DNA from: Octopus sinensis | Taxonomy: Eukaryota | DNA: 64,000 nucleotides | Assembly (NCBI RefSeq): GCF_006345805.1 | Contig: NC_043012.1 | Coordinates: 34,286,001-34,350,000, forward strand | Direction of reading: 5' to 3' | Shown here: piece by piece, positions 49,775 through 62,330 of the stretch | Layout: every line of letters begins with the position of its first letter | Numbering within the stretch: position 1 is the first letter of the stretch | Translations under genes and position numbers: made by a program | Notes under the pieces: generated by a model | Told to the model about the DNA's origin: nothing | Databases searched by the model: none | The model's input: the letters and a program-made list of their open reading frames with translations, nothing else

Positions 49775-52700
49775 TTATTCCGTACATTGATATAAATCAT
49801 AATTTGTTAGTTGTTGATTAAAGTGTTGTATATTGTCAGCCAGGCATTCTGCTAACTGCATGTCACACTCACAGACTATTGACGGACAATACCGGGGATC
49901 TGAAAAAAAAAAAAAGAAAAAAAAAAGGAATATTTCTGATAAATGACATTGGTTTTAGGGTGAAGGTATATAATCAATGACATCGATATCTCTTACATCT
50001 AATTGGTACTTATTTACAAGCCCGAGCTGGCTAAAACGTTAGCACACCGGGCGAAATGCTTAGCGGTATTTCGTCCGCCGTTACGTTCTGAGTTCAAATT
50101 CCGCCGAGGTGGACTTTGCCTTTCATCCTTTCGGGGTCGATTAAGTAAGTACCAGTTACACACTGGGGTCGATATAATCGACTTAATTCTTTTGTCTGTC
50201 CTTGTTTGTCTTCTCTGTGTTTAGCCCCTTGTGGGTAGTAAAGAAATAGGTACTTATTTACCAAAGCCCTGAAGAACCAATGTAGACCTTGGTAGGATAC
50301 AAACACAGAATGGAAAGATTAACTACACTGTAAAGCATTAGTGGTGAAGCTTGGAAGCTGCAGCGATTGACGAAATGGTGGACTTAAGAATATATTCAAC
50401 CACGGTAGTGGTTGAATGATATATGTAAAGCGGTTGAATTAGATCCGTCCTTTAATTTGGAGGTTTCCAAAAAAGATTTCTAATAGTGATTCTTTTATAT
50501 TTTGTTGGTTGTTTAGAGGCGTAAATTTGCGAATATGAAAATAATCCATGTATATGATGTGTTGTGAATGTATGGAAAGAAATCCCATAAAACGCAACAA
50601 TTTAGTTAAAAATGGAGAAGTGCAGCTGTTACAATATATAAGAGAATTTTAATTCATGCAGACGATCGTTTCGTACAGCTATATAAAAATAATGCAAATT
50701 CATGATAGAACTGAACTGAATTAAATTAAATTAATTTTAAAAATTATAAATCACTGTACTCTTCAGTGCAAGAAGTAAAAACAAAATTTTTTTACAAAGG
50801 ACTTGATAAAGGAAATAGCAGAAAAGAATCTAGGAGATTCATGTTTATCCTTATGAGAAAAAGAGAGGTGAGTCCAGTTAGGTATTAACTATAACTAGTT
50901 TTTAGTTATAGTTGCAGTCGGTGCTGGTGTTTCTGCTGCTTAATGCGTTACCGCTGCCGCCGCCTCCACTGTTGCCATTGTTGTCGTCGATGTTGTTGGG
51001 TGCACGCCCAGGATTAACATCGACAGCAGCCACAGCACCATCGGCAACAGCAGTAGCAGCAGCACCAACACTACGGCCAGGGATGATTACTGTAACGGCA
51101 ACAACTACAGTGACATCACCAGACCCACGCCCTGTTATAACAGCACCAGTGACAGCTCCAGCAACAGCAGTGGCAACAACAACTCCAGGCCCGGAGCCAA
51201 CGTAAGATACACCAGAGGCGTGTACACAACCAGCATTTAAGTTTAGAGATACATCGGGGCGGCCGGAACTGCCTTCAAGTGGCACCAGTACAACTACAGG
51301 TACTCTTTTAGGGTTCCACTAAGACTTATGTCACGTCCCTGGCCAGTCACATGTGGCACCATATGGATGAAGAAATAAAATTAAATGGAGGATCATAGAG
51401 CATCCGGGGTCCTATATAAACGGGAGCGGACGAGGCAAGTATCTTGAAAGACTTACTGGACCCAAGATCTTTCTTAAACTTAAGACACCAGATCTATAGC
51501 CACTGCCCACATTTCAAACGTTACCTGCTGCAGGCGTAGGATTCCCCATTCGTAAAAAGTAAAACGTACTTATGGACTGGAACCAGCCTAAGGGCGGATA
51601 TTCGCTGTCTGCCCTTTAGGTTTATAATATTTGCTAACCGGACCGGTTTAAGGGAGATAACTTGTTCCGTTTAAGACTCAGAGAATGTATATTATTCTTT
51701 TGTTTACAAATTAACCGATCGTAACAGTTTTTTTCCTCCAGTTTGGAGAGAGGTTAAAATTCCCGCGGCCATTGGAGTCTGACGTGTCGTCTATGAAGCT
51801 AGGCGCTTTATGGATGCGAAACTATTGATCACTCTCCACACACACACACGCACACATATATACACGTGACAGGCTTATTTCACATTCCATCTACCATATC
51901 TACTCATGATTTTGGTCAGCCCAGGTGCCACTTAGTGGGATTGCACCCGGAGATATGTGATTGGGAAGGCAAACTTCTTACCACCACACAACGGCGATTG
52001 CACCAATTTCTCAATGTATATGTATTATTATTATTAAATAGTTATATCTATTAAATATTAACGATTACGGTCCTATGACGGAGTCGGTATGTAGTCGCTT
52101 TACTTGTTAAAAATAGCTGACAAATATCTCTCTAATCACAGCCTAACACTTTAGAATGTTCCCTCGTTGCTCTGCTGTATTCAGCATAGCACCGTAGAGG
52201 TGCGTAACTTAGTGGTTAGGGTAAATGACTCACGATCGTAAGGTTATGAGTTCGATTCCCGGCAGCACGTCGTGCCCTTGAGAAAGGCACTTTTTGCCAC
52301 GTTGCTCCAGTTTACTCAGCAAGCAAAAATGAATTGTACCTGTATTTCAAAGGGCCAGCCTTGTCACATTCTGTGTCACGATGAATCTCCCTGAGAACTA
52401 CGTTAAGGGTGTGCGTGTCTGTGGAATACTCAGCCACTTGCACATTAATTTCACGAGCTGGCTGTTCCGTTGGTCGGATCAAATGGCACCCTCGTCGTCG
52501 TAAGCGACGGAGTGTCAGTATGGTACACTACATTGTTGCTCAGGATTATATGGCTACACTGTATGGTTATATTCCATTGACTAAGAACCAATAAAGAAGC
52601 TGCTACGTTGTCGATCGTCTTACTAGAAATGGCAACCAATTTTTTTGAAATCACACTATATCCTCTTATAAAAAGGAAGGTCGTATTTGATAATATAGCT

Positions 52701-55700
52701 GTAGGTAAAAGAGAGGCGGGAGTACCATTAACCATTACTTCTGTCTTGTTTTTGGTACCTGACGAATTTAATACTGCTGGTTGTGTCCCGTGTTTTTTCC
52801 TTAGATTCACGTGAAATCATACAAGTGGAGTGTTGTTTCAATATATTTATATCACTTCATCATGTATTGTGAGACGATATTGAAGAAGTGTGTTGAACTT
52901 AAAACTCAGCAGAAGGGCGGAACAGTTGGCACTATGTAATGATGACAGTACTTTCAAGATCTTCGAGATATAAATTCCTGTTTATCTTCCTATCATCGGT
53001 TCCATGGCTATTAATGACTTTGTTGGAATTCAAACAGCAAACTACAACTCAAAACTGTTCTAGGAATGATTAACGCGAATGGAATGAATAAAAGCTTAAA
53101 GGTGACTTGCACTCTTCATAAACGCTGATTTCGAATATTGGCACAAATCTATCCATTTTGAGGAAAAGTACTGACAGTTATTTACCGACCACAGCGGGAT
53201 GAAGGAGGGGCTAGTTTTACACTGGTAAGATTTGAACTTAGACATTTTGAGGAACGGCATCGATATTTAGTTGTAAACGAAATAAACTTTTCTACTGTAG
53301 GCAAAAAGCCTGAAATTTTTTTTTGGGAGGAGAATAGTCGATTGCATACCTCCCAGTGCTCAACTGGTATTCATTTTATCGACTTCGAAAGGAAAAGTCG
53401 GTATCAGCGGAATTTGAACTCAGAACGTAGCGGTAAATGAAATACCTATTTCTTTACTACCCACAAGGGGCTAAACATAGAGGGGACAAGCAAGGACAGA
53501 CAAACTGATTAAGTCGATTACATCGACCCCAGTGCATAACTGGTACTTAATTTATCGATCTCGAAAGGATGAAAGGCAAAGTCGACCTCGGCGGAATTTG
53601 AACTCACAACGTAACGGCAGACGAAATAACGCTCAGCATTTCACCCGGCGGGCTAACGATTCTGCCATCGCGCCGCCTTGGTTGTAACGAAATAATATAA
53701 GACATTTAATAAAGTGCTCTTCCGACTCTATCGCCTCGACCTACCAACCTCTACTTTACATAAAATTTAATTTCTGGAATCGAACATTTGCTACTCATTT
53801 GAAACATAACTGAAAAATAAAAGAGATCTTTAATTTCAGTGGAATTTGAATCAGGCCAGAGAGAATCACAGCTAATTACCACAAAGTAATTACGACTCTC
53901 TACTAATTTTTCTATTCACAACCTCCACACGACATAAATTCTAACAAGTGCAGAGTAAAAAGGTTTTGGTTATATTTCAAGAGAAAGCCACTTCCAGAAA
54001 TTGCCAAATATTTTTGTAACAAATCGTTGACACTTTCAATGTTGTTTCAGCGTGTGTGGATCTGAAGAAACATAGCAAAGAGCCAATATAATGGTCGGCT
54101 TTCCAAAGAGGATGGTTAGGGTTTGATTGGGATTCGGGGCAGAATTTTGGAAATATGGAATTTTGGAATGTGGAAAAAATAGTACCCGAATACCGAAGGT
54201 AGAGTAATACGATTTTTACTCTACCTCCGGTATTCGAGTACTATTTTTTTCCACCTTGTTTCGCATTTACGTGCTTACTCTGGTGTAACTCGCTCCTTCT
54301 TTAGAAAGTTTGAGCGACTCTCCACAAGTAGGAAGACGAAACAGCTGAAAGAAATGGAACTTTACTCATTGGATTTATCCCTACGTTCTGAGTTCAAATT
54401 CCGCCAAGGTCGACTTTGCCTTTCCTCTTTTCGGGGTCGATAAATTAAGTACCAGTTACGCAACGGGGTCGAAGTAATCAACTAACCCCCACTCTCCTCC
54501 AAATTTCAGGCCTTATGCCTGTAGTAGAAAGGATTTTATGGAGCATGTAAAAAGTTAGTATACTCACTGTCAGTACAGGCACAGTAATGTGTATAGCAGT
54601 GATACGTATAATGTGTTAATGGTAAATACAGAAAGTTGCAGTTGATGGAACCATAACACAAGTCGTGATCAAAACAGCATCTGAAAGAAACAAAACAAAG
54701 AGGGAAAACGAAACTAACAGTTTGGAATATTTTAAAGAATTTTCTAAAGTTTTCAAATCTCAGTAAGAAATACTAATGTTCTAATAAAATCTTTTGATCA
54801 TAAAAATTTATAAACAGATGCAAACTCAAATGGCTTACATTAGTAGAGGATCGAAAAATGAATATTTTGAATTTTAAATTATGTTTTTATATTGTAAAAT
54901 ACATAAACTGACTTCAACAAGAAATTAGAAACGGCGGTGACGTCACAGTTCCCCGGGAAAATTGCCATTGCTTTAATGATCTTGCAAACTGTTGACTTGG
55001 TGATAATCTACGTTCTACGTCTCTGAATCTAAATCCTGGCAAGATATTCTTTTCTTTTCCAGTCGATAAATAAAAATAACATCGATAAATGAAATACCAA
55101 TCATAGACTGATCGATGGCGTCTAGTAAGTATAACTGGAAGGAAGGTGAAGAAAACTAAGTTTGTATACTTTCATGTTAAAAAACAGCATTTGTTAAGTA
55201 TGTCACCAGAGGTCGTTAATGTCGTTGAGTGTGGCTATGGCTAAGGTTGCGTTTATAATAATTACATTTAATTCAGGAATGGCTAAACTCAACTAACCAA
55301 AAAAAAGTACTGGACTGCAGAAATAACCAGCAGAATAGTGGAAGTGACAAATTGGCGAAACACTTGTTAATTTTAAAGTGCTGCTCGCTGCCTGAATAGA
55401 GCGGGTCCATAGGGTAACGATGGAGTGCGCTATTTGAGCTGTTATACGTCTTGGCCACGAATACAACCTTTATAAAAAAAATCTGGCCACTGACCTTACA
55501 GGTGGTTGTTTTGTATCCAATATACTCGGCCAACCAAATTCTAATTACGTAAGCACAATGTAATACTTTTAAGAGAATGTATAATCGATTATCACGCCGG
55601 GCGAAATGCGTAGCCGTATTTCGTCTGCCGTTACGTTCTGAGTTCAAATTCCGCTGAGGTCGACTTTGTCTTTCATCCTTTCGGGGTCGATAAATTAAGT

Positions 55701-57510
55701 ACCAGTTACGCACTGGGGTCGATATAATCGACTTAATCCGTTTGTCTGTCCTTGCTTGTCCTCTTTGTGTTTAGCTCCTTGTGGGCAGTAAAGAAATAGG
55801 TATAATCGATTAAATTAAACCCTAATATTTGACCGGTGCTTTATTTTAGCGATACCAGAATGACGAAAGGCAAAATCGATCCGCAAGTCGGAGAGTTTCA
55901 GTCTCAGAACTAAGTTAAAATCAAAAGACAAAAAAACAAAACAAAACAAAAGAAAGCAACCCCCCCCAAAAGCAACAAAAAACAAAAACAAACAAATATA
56001 AACAAACAGGCGCAGGAGTGGCTGTGTGGCAAGTAGCTTGTTTACCAACCACATGGTTCTGGGTTCAGTCCCACTGCGTGGCACCTTGGGCAAGTGACTT
56101 CTACTATAGCCTCGAGCCGACCAAAGCCTTGTGAGTGGATTTGGTAGACGGAAACTGAAAGAAGCCCGTCGTATATATGTATATATATATATATGTGTGT
56201 GTGTGTTTGTCCCCCTAGCATTGCTTGACAACCGATGCTGGTGTGTTTATGTCCCCGTTACTTAGCGGTTCGGCAAAAGAGACCGATAGAATAAGTACTG
56301 GTCTTACAAAAGAATAAGTCCCAGGGTCAAGTTGCTCGATTAAAGGCGGTGCTCCAGTATGGCAACAGTCAAATGACTGAAACAAGTAAAAGAGTAAAAG
56401 AGTAAATAGAGTAAACAAACAAACCTTGCTTAATTAAACTGAAATTTCCATCGAAAACAAAACAGAAAAAAATGAACTGAATTAAAGTAATTAATTTTAA
56501 GAACGAAGATAAACTGAATTGAACTGAAAGAGTCCCCATTAATCACCCATCAAAAAAAAAAAAAAGAAAAAAAAAGGTAAAATAATTCCAGATATTGTAT
56601 TATATAGCTTACTGATCAATGGAATCTAAAGGCTTCTTGCCACGTGATCCCAGGCCACAGAAGCAGCCATAACCATAGAATTGCTTGCAGGTTTTATTGG
56701 TGTAAGTTTCAATCAGTTTACAATTGTCAAGGAAAGATCGTTTTAGCCTGGTTTTGTTCCATGTAAATTCTAAATCCACTGCAGGAGATAAGAAAAGAAA
56801 TATATTAGAAATAATACACATAATTTGTGATTTGTAAGCAAGTAGCCCAACATCTTACGCCCCTATTTTGCTGCAGCCTTAATTTTACTGCAAGTGTCAC
56901 TGAGGAGTTCAAATCAGGTCGAAACATTGACTACCAATCCATTGGTATTCAGAGCGAAGCCATGAATTTTTTTTTAGATAAAAGTCCCTGAGAAGTTTCT
57001 ATGACAAAATATTACATCTACTATCGTTCTACGATTGCATAAACGTTATAAATGTTATGAACATCAGTATTGTACATTACATACAAACATACATATATAT
57101 ATAGACACACACACACACACATGCACGCACACACATACCCCTCACACGTGTATATATATATATATATATAAGTTCAGCGAAATTTAGATTCAAATGAATA
57201 TGGTACTTAAGTCAGATGCACCAGAATTTTGTACGGTATTACCCATATAAATCCATGGGGTGATTATAATCAAAGTAAGCAACAAGGATATCCAAGGTAG
57301 AGTAGTACAATTGTTTCATGCTACTTCATTTTATTAAACATTTCCAATTGACATGGAAATAAATGTATGCATTGATTGAAAATCTCTATGAATAGCTGAA
57401 GATTGCTCAACATTTTAAAACTGATGTAATACTTACAATGTTTAATAAAATGATGTAGTATGAAACGATCGTACCAAATTAGCGAAGGTATTCTTGTTGC
57501 TTACTTTGAT

Positions 57511-57585
<75 letters not shown>

Positions 57586-57668
57586 ATATATATACAAGCG
57601 CAGACATGGCAGTATCGATTTACGTACCTATCTCTGTCGGTCTGTCTTTCTGTATCTCTCTCTCTCTT

Positions 57669-57718
<50 letters not shown>

Positions 57719-59570
57719 CTCTCTGTCTCCATGTGTGTGTGAAAAAACAGAAAAAATCTTGTAACATCGCTCGCGTGATTCGACCTCCCGCCCTACACAC
57801 ACACACACACACAATGCAATCAAAGAAGCATAAAATGTGTAGTCTCATGAAATTTCTAATGGAATTAGAACTATGATAGAAGGAGTTCCAGCTTTGACCA
57901 TCATGTCTTTTTGAATATCAAATGTAACATTATAGAATCCGTCTTTGATTGGAGGTTGTGATTTGAGGAGATATAGTACCTATTTCTCGCAAGTCATGAG
58001 ACCGAGAAGAGGCTGCAGTTTCCGAGAAAGAAAAGGCAACTTATTTCGGGGAAGCGATTAGTGAATGATGCTGAATAATTATAAGCAAGTGAAACAGCGA
58101 GAATCAAAATGATGAGATTCGTTCTTAACGCATAGCGGCAGATTTGAACGTGAATATGGCAATCACTGTTCTGTTTCGCCTTCAGAGAACAACTTCTCTC
58201 TTCAGGCGATATATGTTGACAACGCTCACGATATAGTGATGTAGGAGGGCTTTGAGAAACGTAAAGGCACACAAGTGAATAGGTCATGGTGTTTACGTTT
58301 ACAAATTTTACTGATAGTGGCTTTCAGCTACGTTACATAAAAGCTATACTCACCGCAGGAAAGAATGAAAATAACAGCTATCAGCAACAGGGAAACAATA
58401 ATTAACGTTGAACGCCAACACACAGACTTTCCTTCTGGGATTCCTTGAAAATGAAAGGAAAATAAATGAAATAAGCAATTATCAAGTTATGTTGGTCATT
58501 TAGTTATTGTTAACATTTAATTACAAGAAGCACTGTTAAATCAATGATAGCAAAGGGAAAAGGAAAAACTACCAGTCAGTCAACGACTAATATTATTTGC
58601 GTTTTTCTGGCAACTTTGAACATGTTTTAACTTTATTCTGACCTCATAAGTAAAGTATATACTTCAGCATCATTGCAAAAGTGGTGGACAATAATTTCGC
58701 GGATTCCCATGACTCTCTGTCTCCATCCAATTCCTTATTTTATGAATTTGAAAAGGGAGCCTGTCCATTACACAACTATGGACACCGCTCCAATGGATGC
58801 GTTACAAGTCCTCTCTTGATAAAGTCTGGTGATCCTAGGATTCCTCCACTCAGCGTCAATGTAAAGAAGCAATGTTGACTCTGAGTGAACAATATTCACT
58901 CTGTGAATGTACAAGGTCGTACATTCACTGGCGTTGGTAAATTGATTTGTGTGGCGAATAATTAACTGCGACATGCCATCAACGCAGAAAGACAAAAAGG
59001 GACCCATATTTACGCTAGTATTGACATATTTAATGCTAGCAACATAAAGCAAAACACATTTCATTGCTAGAAGGAAGCAATGGTAATAGTTGTGCAGCTC
59101 CCGACGAACAGCTTTTGTGAAAACTGGGTTCTCGACATGGTCATTAAGCTCTGCAGAAATTTTGGGAGCTGTACTTTTGTGATCCTTTCTAACAATTCGC
59201 GTAAGAGTTCAACGGTCCCTATCTGGAAGTTTTGGTTTTCTTCCAGTGTTTTATTTCGACGAGGAAGTTTTCCCTCTTTCTTAAAGGCTGTCATTACTTT
59301 CGAGACAGTACTTCTTGATACACCAAACATTTCGGCTGTTTTCGTTACGCTAGCGCCTGCCATACGAGCACCAACAATTTGACCTCTTTGAAAGTCCGAT
59401 AGATCTGTCATCTTAATGAATTTTAATTACCTTTTTCTGATGATATCTGAAAAGAAACAGCAATTTTAGCAAAACATATTAAGTAACACTAATAATACAT
59501 CTGTTTTATAGATATTTTAAAATTATGATGCTATGATGCTAGGTGTTTCCATTATTTTGTCCAACTCCTT

Positions 59571-59652
<82 letters not shown>

Positions 59653-59970
59653 ACTAATGTAGGATAAAATTTTCGGGAAAAAATTTTTTTATCAATGGCC
59701 AGCATATCAAAAAATACCTTTAAAGGTTAAATTTATTAATAATTTACAAAATAAGAGCAAAAGAAAAGTTCTAATGCCAAATATGCCGAAAAAAAGACAA
59801 AAAATTGTCAATAACCATTATAATTTATGGGTCTCGAAACAAACCGATAGAAATTTCTAAAAAATCCGTTATTACCGTATTGGTCCCAATTTCGGGGTTA
59901 ATTCATAAGAATTTTTCCCTCTTCAGCGATAAATACGTGAGATATAAGTGAAATACTTACTCATACCCAT
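49775..59970 (-). CDS. PLA2: Secretory phospholipase A2 (group I/II-like fold). Exons 58443-58354, 56778-56613, 54680-54568, 49899-49775; tentative first coding exon 59970-59961 (about 167 aa)
   Basis: Spliced translation ...STLIIVSLLLIAVIFILSC-VDLEFTWNKTRLKR/SFLDNCKLI...[33 protein letters not shown]...CTD-NPRYCPSIVCECDMQLAECL...YQCTE*. It has the Ca2+ loop YGCxCGxG, the His-Asp of CCxxHDxCY, the Asp of CECD, and 16 Cys in the mature part. Phases are 1,1,2,1, all GT-AG. The first exon is low confidence. The symbol is family-level only. Confidence 0.9.
50022..50250 (+). mobile_element. SINE family A copy
   Basis: Head-body-tail match to the other copies. Confidence 0.85.
51329..51726. mobile_element. 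Candidate LTR (TG...CA)
   Basis: Ends TGTCACG...CGTAACA form an imperfect inverted repeat. TATA-like tatataaa at 51413. A purine run ggaggaaaaaaac abuts the right end on the minus strand. No TSD was found. Confidence 0.35.
52195..52520 (+). mobile_element. tRNA-derived SINE family E
   Basis: Head ttagtggttaggg...gagttcgattccc, a core shared with family D, and a tail shared with 398-590. Confidence 0.75.
53290..53679 (-). mobile_element. SINE family A dimer (tail-1 unit joined to a tail-2 unit)
   Basis: Junction gaaatac|ctatttc near 53445, the same as in 30466-30889. Confidence 0.75.
54170..54254 (-). other. 85-nt hairpin (~38-bp stem) in a PLA2 intron
   Basis: gtggaaaaaatagtacccgaataccgaaggtagagtaa [tacgattt] ttactctacctccggtattcgagtactatttttttccac. 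Confidence 0.8.
55594..55800 (+). mobile_element. SINE family A copy, 5'-truncated
   Basis: Body and tail match the other copies. Confidence 0.85.
56008..56412 (+). mobile_element. CORE-type SINE family C, second copy
   Basis: Closely similar to 33043-33452. Confidence 0.85.
59085..59570 (-). mobile_element. Tc1-like transposon, 5' end (TIR plus HTH region), truncated
   Basis: TIR ggagttggacaaaataatggaaacacc next to (TA)n. ORF MTDLSDFQRGQIVGARMAGASVTKTAEMFGVSRSTVSKVMTAF, then a frameshift. Confidence 0.85.
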
Positions 59971-60004
59971 GGGAAAAGCAAGTAAATTATTGTATATATA
60001 TATA

Positions 60005-60036
<32 letters not shown>

Positions 60037-60806
60037 TTATACACACACATACACACAGAGACACACACATACACACACACATAAATGTACGTACGTACGT
60101 ACGTACGTACTTGCTCACATGCATACGAAGTAAATACAAGATGAAAACATAAAAGGAAATTTCTCACCTGTGTGTGGGTCCCGAGGCTTCATTTTTGAAA
60201 GATTTCTTTTTGGTTTGATTTGAGAAAAAGTTAACTCGATCACTTTTCTGAAAGCCAGTCTCTTTTTAACATAGGTAAAGTATTTGTTTTCAAAGAAATC
60301 TTCTCCGAACGTTTACCATGTTGAGATTTCTGGAATAGTAAATATATTGAATATTGGAATATACAGATGTATAAAATGTCCCGAACAACTAACCCCTAAT
60401 TAAATTAATTGGAACCAATTACGGCTAAGCTTCTATCGTCGAAGAAAAAAATTATCATTGATTGCCCCCTTCAAATGTTTCGCTTTGTGCCCAATTAGGT
60501 GATCATAATTACCATAATAATGATTATTATTATATAAACACGATAGCAGACTGAGGCAGTACAGCCAATGGTTCTGAGATCCTTTTTTTTTTTTACTTAC
60601 GTAGTATTTCAGAGCAAACAAAATATTTTGGCGCACTTTCTCCATACAAAACGTATTTATGTATTTGCATTTATAAATGAAAATCATTGTAAGTTACTGG
60701 AGTTTTTTTATTCAATAAATTAAAATTATTAATTCCAGTTTGTGTTTTTAACATTTTAAAAATGTATTTTTTTTTATTTCCGAGGTGCACCTACCTATAT
60801 TATATG

Positions 60807-61038
60807 TATTTCTTTACTACCCACAAGGGGCTAAACATAGAGGGGACAAACAAAGACAGATAAACAGATTAAGTCAATTACATCGACCCCAGTGCGTAAC
60901 TGGTACTTATTTAAACGACCCCGAAAGGACGAAAGGCAAAGTCGACCTCGGCGGAATTTGAACTCAGAACGTAGCGGCGGACGAAATACGGTTACGCATT
61001 TCGCCCGGGGTGCTAACGTTTCTGCCAGCTCGCCGCCG
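60807..61038 (-). mobile_element. SINE family A copy
   Basis: Full length, with short tatattata flanks. Confidence 0.85.
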
Positions 61039-61609
61039 TATATTATAAGATACTTCGGTGCGTACCAGCGCACCGGTCGGCAAACATCGTGGTGGCAAAA
61101 TGCCTTGCGGTATTTCGTCTCATCCTACGTTCTGAGTTCAAGGCCAAATTTGCTTTCATTCTTTTAGAACCAAATTACTGACCAGGTTTTACTCGGGCTG
61201 ATTTTATCGACTTCAGATGTGGCTCTGGAACCTCTCTTATAAAAATCTATCGTTTTAGACAGCGGAATGATTAAAAATGATAGCTGCGTTACTAGATTAA
61301 GTACCTTACAGGTATTTAGTTTTCTCCCTTTCCGCTCTGAGTTTATATCACGCCACGGTTGATATTTAATCGATTACATAAGGTCTTGGTTTCACTATAC
61401 AACGGGTGCATAATTTCAGATCTTTTCACATTTAATTTGTCAAAACTCAGTTTACATTTTCAGTTGTGAAGGATTAAATAAAAACTGGTACCAGTAAGAG
61501 ACTACGGTCCTATCAATTGATTACACAAAAAGAACAATAAGCGTCTGATAAGCAGATATGATAAAATTTGTAATAAAAGTATCAAGTTAGAACATAGTCG
61601 TGTTTTCAA

Positions 61610-62005
61610 TAAACACAAATACATATGCATGCATTCATGCATGCGTATATATATATACATACATGCATGCATACATACATGGATGTATACATGCATACAT
61701 GCGTACATGCATACATGCATGTATGCATACATGCATGCATACATATGTACATACATACGTACATACATACATGCATACATATATACATAAATAAATACAT
61801 TTATATGTGTGGGAATTTTTGCCTGCACACATATACAATTGTTATTGTTGGTTTATAAATAGCAACTTTGTATATAATTTCATCTATAATATAATCTTCT
61901 TTTGTTCGTTGCACCCACAAAGTACGAGAGTAAACTTTAATACAACTGATTGAATGATATCTGAAGTGGCCAATTGTGAACTAACAATAACAAATGTATA
62001 AGTGC

Positions 62006-62077
<72 letters not shown>

Positions 62078-62330
62078 ACACACACGCACACAAACGCAAA
62101 TACATACGCATACACACACACAAACTCAAATACATACGCATACACACACATACACATAAAGATATACACACATGAAAAAGTTTACATGTGTCTGTATGTG
62201 TCTATTTGTGCGTGTGTGTGTATGTGTGTGTAGGTGGGTGTATGGGTGTATGTGTATATATAGATTTGTGTTTGTCTGCGCGTGTATGTGTGTGTGCGTG
62301 TGTGTAGATTGCTAGATGCGTCACGTGTAA
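61610..62330. repeat. Compound (CATA/TGCA)n and (CA)n microsatellites
   Basis: Long runs of low-complexity di- and tetranucleotide repeats. Similar tracts lie at 14040-14440, 19540-19690, 32935-33040, 49035-49095 and 63735-63810. Confidence 0.9.

Noticed and set aside
57994-58287. ORF with a hydrophobic stretch (NLIILILAVSLAY) as the PLA2 signal exon
   Set aside because: No suitable GT donor. The exon at 58443-58354 has good splice sites and the correct phase.
60590-60687. Alternative PLA2 first exon (MEKVRQNILFALKYY|gtaagt)
   Set aside because: It is phase 0, which is incompatible with the phase-1 acceptor at 58443 unless another exon intervenes.
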